Below, piece after piece: positions 62,935 through 64,000 of a stretch of 64,000 bases of DNA. The translations under genes and the position numbers were made by a program. Within the stretch, counting starts at the first letter, position 1. Every line of letters begins with the position of its first letter. Source of the stretch: Phoronis australis (taxonomy: Eukaryota > Animalia > Phoronida); the NCBI GenBank assembly GCA_002633005.1, contig NMRA01000106.1, positions 601,655-665,654 of the forward strand, written 5' to 3'. The notes under the pieces were generated by a model. The model made no database searches. It was not told the DNA's origin and saw only the letters and a program-made list of their open reading frames with translations.

Positions 62935-64000
62935 CCTTCACACAGGAATGTGCACACACTGTCGCCACCTTTTGGAAACTTGGGCGACTTGCCCATGGAC
63001 AAATGAAAACCAGGTATTTGATCCATAGTCAAAAGCCCTCAACAAGCTCAGTTTTTCAGAGTATCAAATTCTGAAATCGGCAACAACCAAGAGAACTATA
63101 TGCATCTCACAAGAAAGACTACAAATTGTAAATCCGCTTATATAGAATGGATTCTATAATTATCTGACCATTGACCCTGTGTTGAGCAGGACATCAGACT
63201 GTCCCCAAAAAGCAGCTGCCACACGGGTCACGACACTGATTACAAAATAGAATGATGAGAATCAGCAAGCAAGGATCTAGGATCCTGGTCATAGAGAGAG
63301 TACTGGATAGCTGTCTCAAAGGCATTCTACCTTTAGAGACACACTACATTATTCAATTACAGCCGCACAAAGAGTGACTCAACTCACCCTGACTTTCCAT
63401 TTTCAAAAACAGAGAAATCCATTTTGCCCAACATAAAATGATGCTGCTTTTACCTTTTTCCTACTTCATTGAGAAAGATAATACAAAAATCTTTTTCTGC
63501 TCAACTATGCTGCATCTCCGATTTATCAATAACTTCTCAAAACTCGAAAAATAACAGTGCCTTCTTCAAGGTGTCTGCTGCAAACAACTCGTGAGTGAAT
63601 TTGGGGCCAAAATTGTCAAATTTGATAAATTTTACAATTAATTTTTGGAAATAAACAATCAAAAACAATACAATTATGGTATCAAGTATAAAAATACATC
63701 AACTGCATTCGAAATCTGTAAATTCTGTGAAAGGAGTCACCCGTTTTGTGTATGAGCGGAAAACCTAAGCCTCTAAGAAAGCCAATGCATGGATCTGCTC
63801 CTGTCATACTATCCCCCCAGACACCACAAAAGGTGAACTTATTTTCAAAATACATTGAAAAGCATTGTAACTGACTGCAATAAAAATGAACTAAAGGTGC
63901 ATTCCAACTCAACGCACACAACCACCCACGCACGCACACACACACACACACACACAAACACTTTGCTACAAGCAGTTAAATAACCATCTGGGAGTATATC
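62935..64000 (+). repeat. Near-identical repeat of 60235-61311; probable uncollapsed haplotype
   Basis: Starts right after the single n at 62934. Differs by SNPs, an about 20-bp indel and microsatellite lengths. Confidence 0.85.

Overview
This is eukaryotic, AT-rich, intron-containing DNA from a draft assembly, probably a non-vertebrate metazoan; the species cannot be determined from the sequence. It has N gaps and several single-'n' contig joins. The left half (0.2-31 kb) is a local cluster of two-exon ecdysteroid-kinase-like (EcKL/DUF227, choline/aminoglycoside-kinase fold) genes. The ORF track shows only the large second exons as recognisable kinases; the 139-nt first exons (MSERIQVCGQELVF...FLQ(K/N)G) were linked by reading splice sites. 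Copy A (minus) has a nonsense codon in exon 1 and a Lys->Asn change. Copy B (minus) is a frameshifted pseudogene. Copies C (minus) and D (plus) are intact 429-aa genes arranged head-to-head 640 bp apart. A 3' fragment of D is repeated after a contig join. The full-length copies carry an unusual catalytic loop, LRDxxxRN instead of HGDxWxNN. The cluster is full of mobile DNA: a mariner remnant, Penelope-like retroelements (one with an inverted pseudo-LTR and a hammerhead-like core), a CR1/L2 LINE end, a probable hAT-type MITE, and two Helentron/HINE-like elements whose internal repeats carry convergent arrays of CTCF-like motifs. The right half (40.6-62.2 kb) holds the 3' part of a multi-exon MTUS1/MTUS2/CCDC69-family coiled-coil gene on the minus strand, with an SxIP-containing exon and probable alternative first exons. 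Four duplications next to single 'n' bases look like uncollapsed haplotypes.
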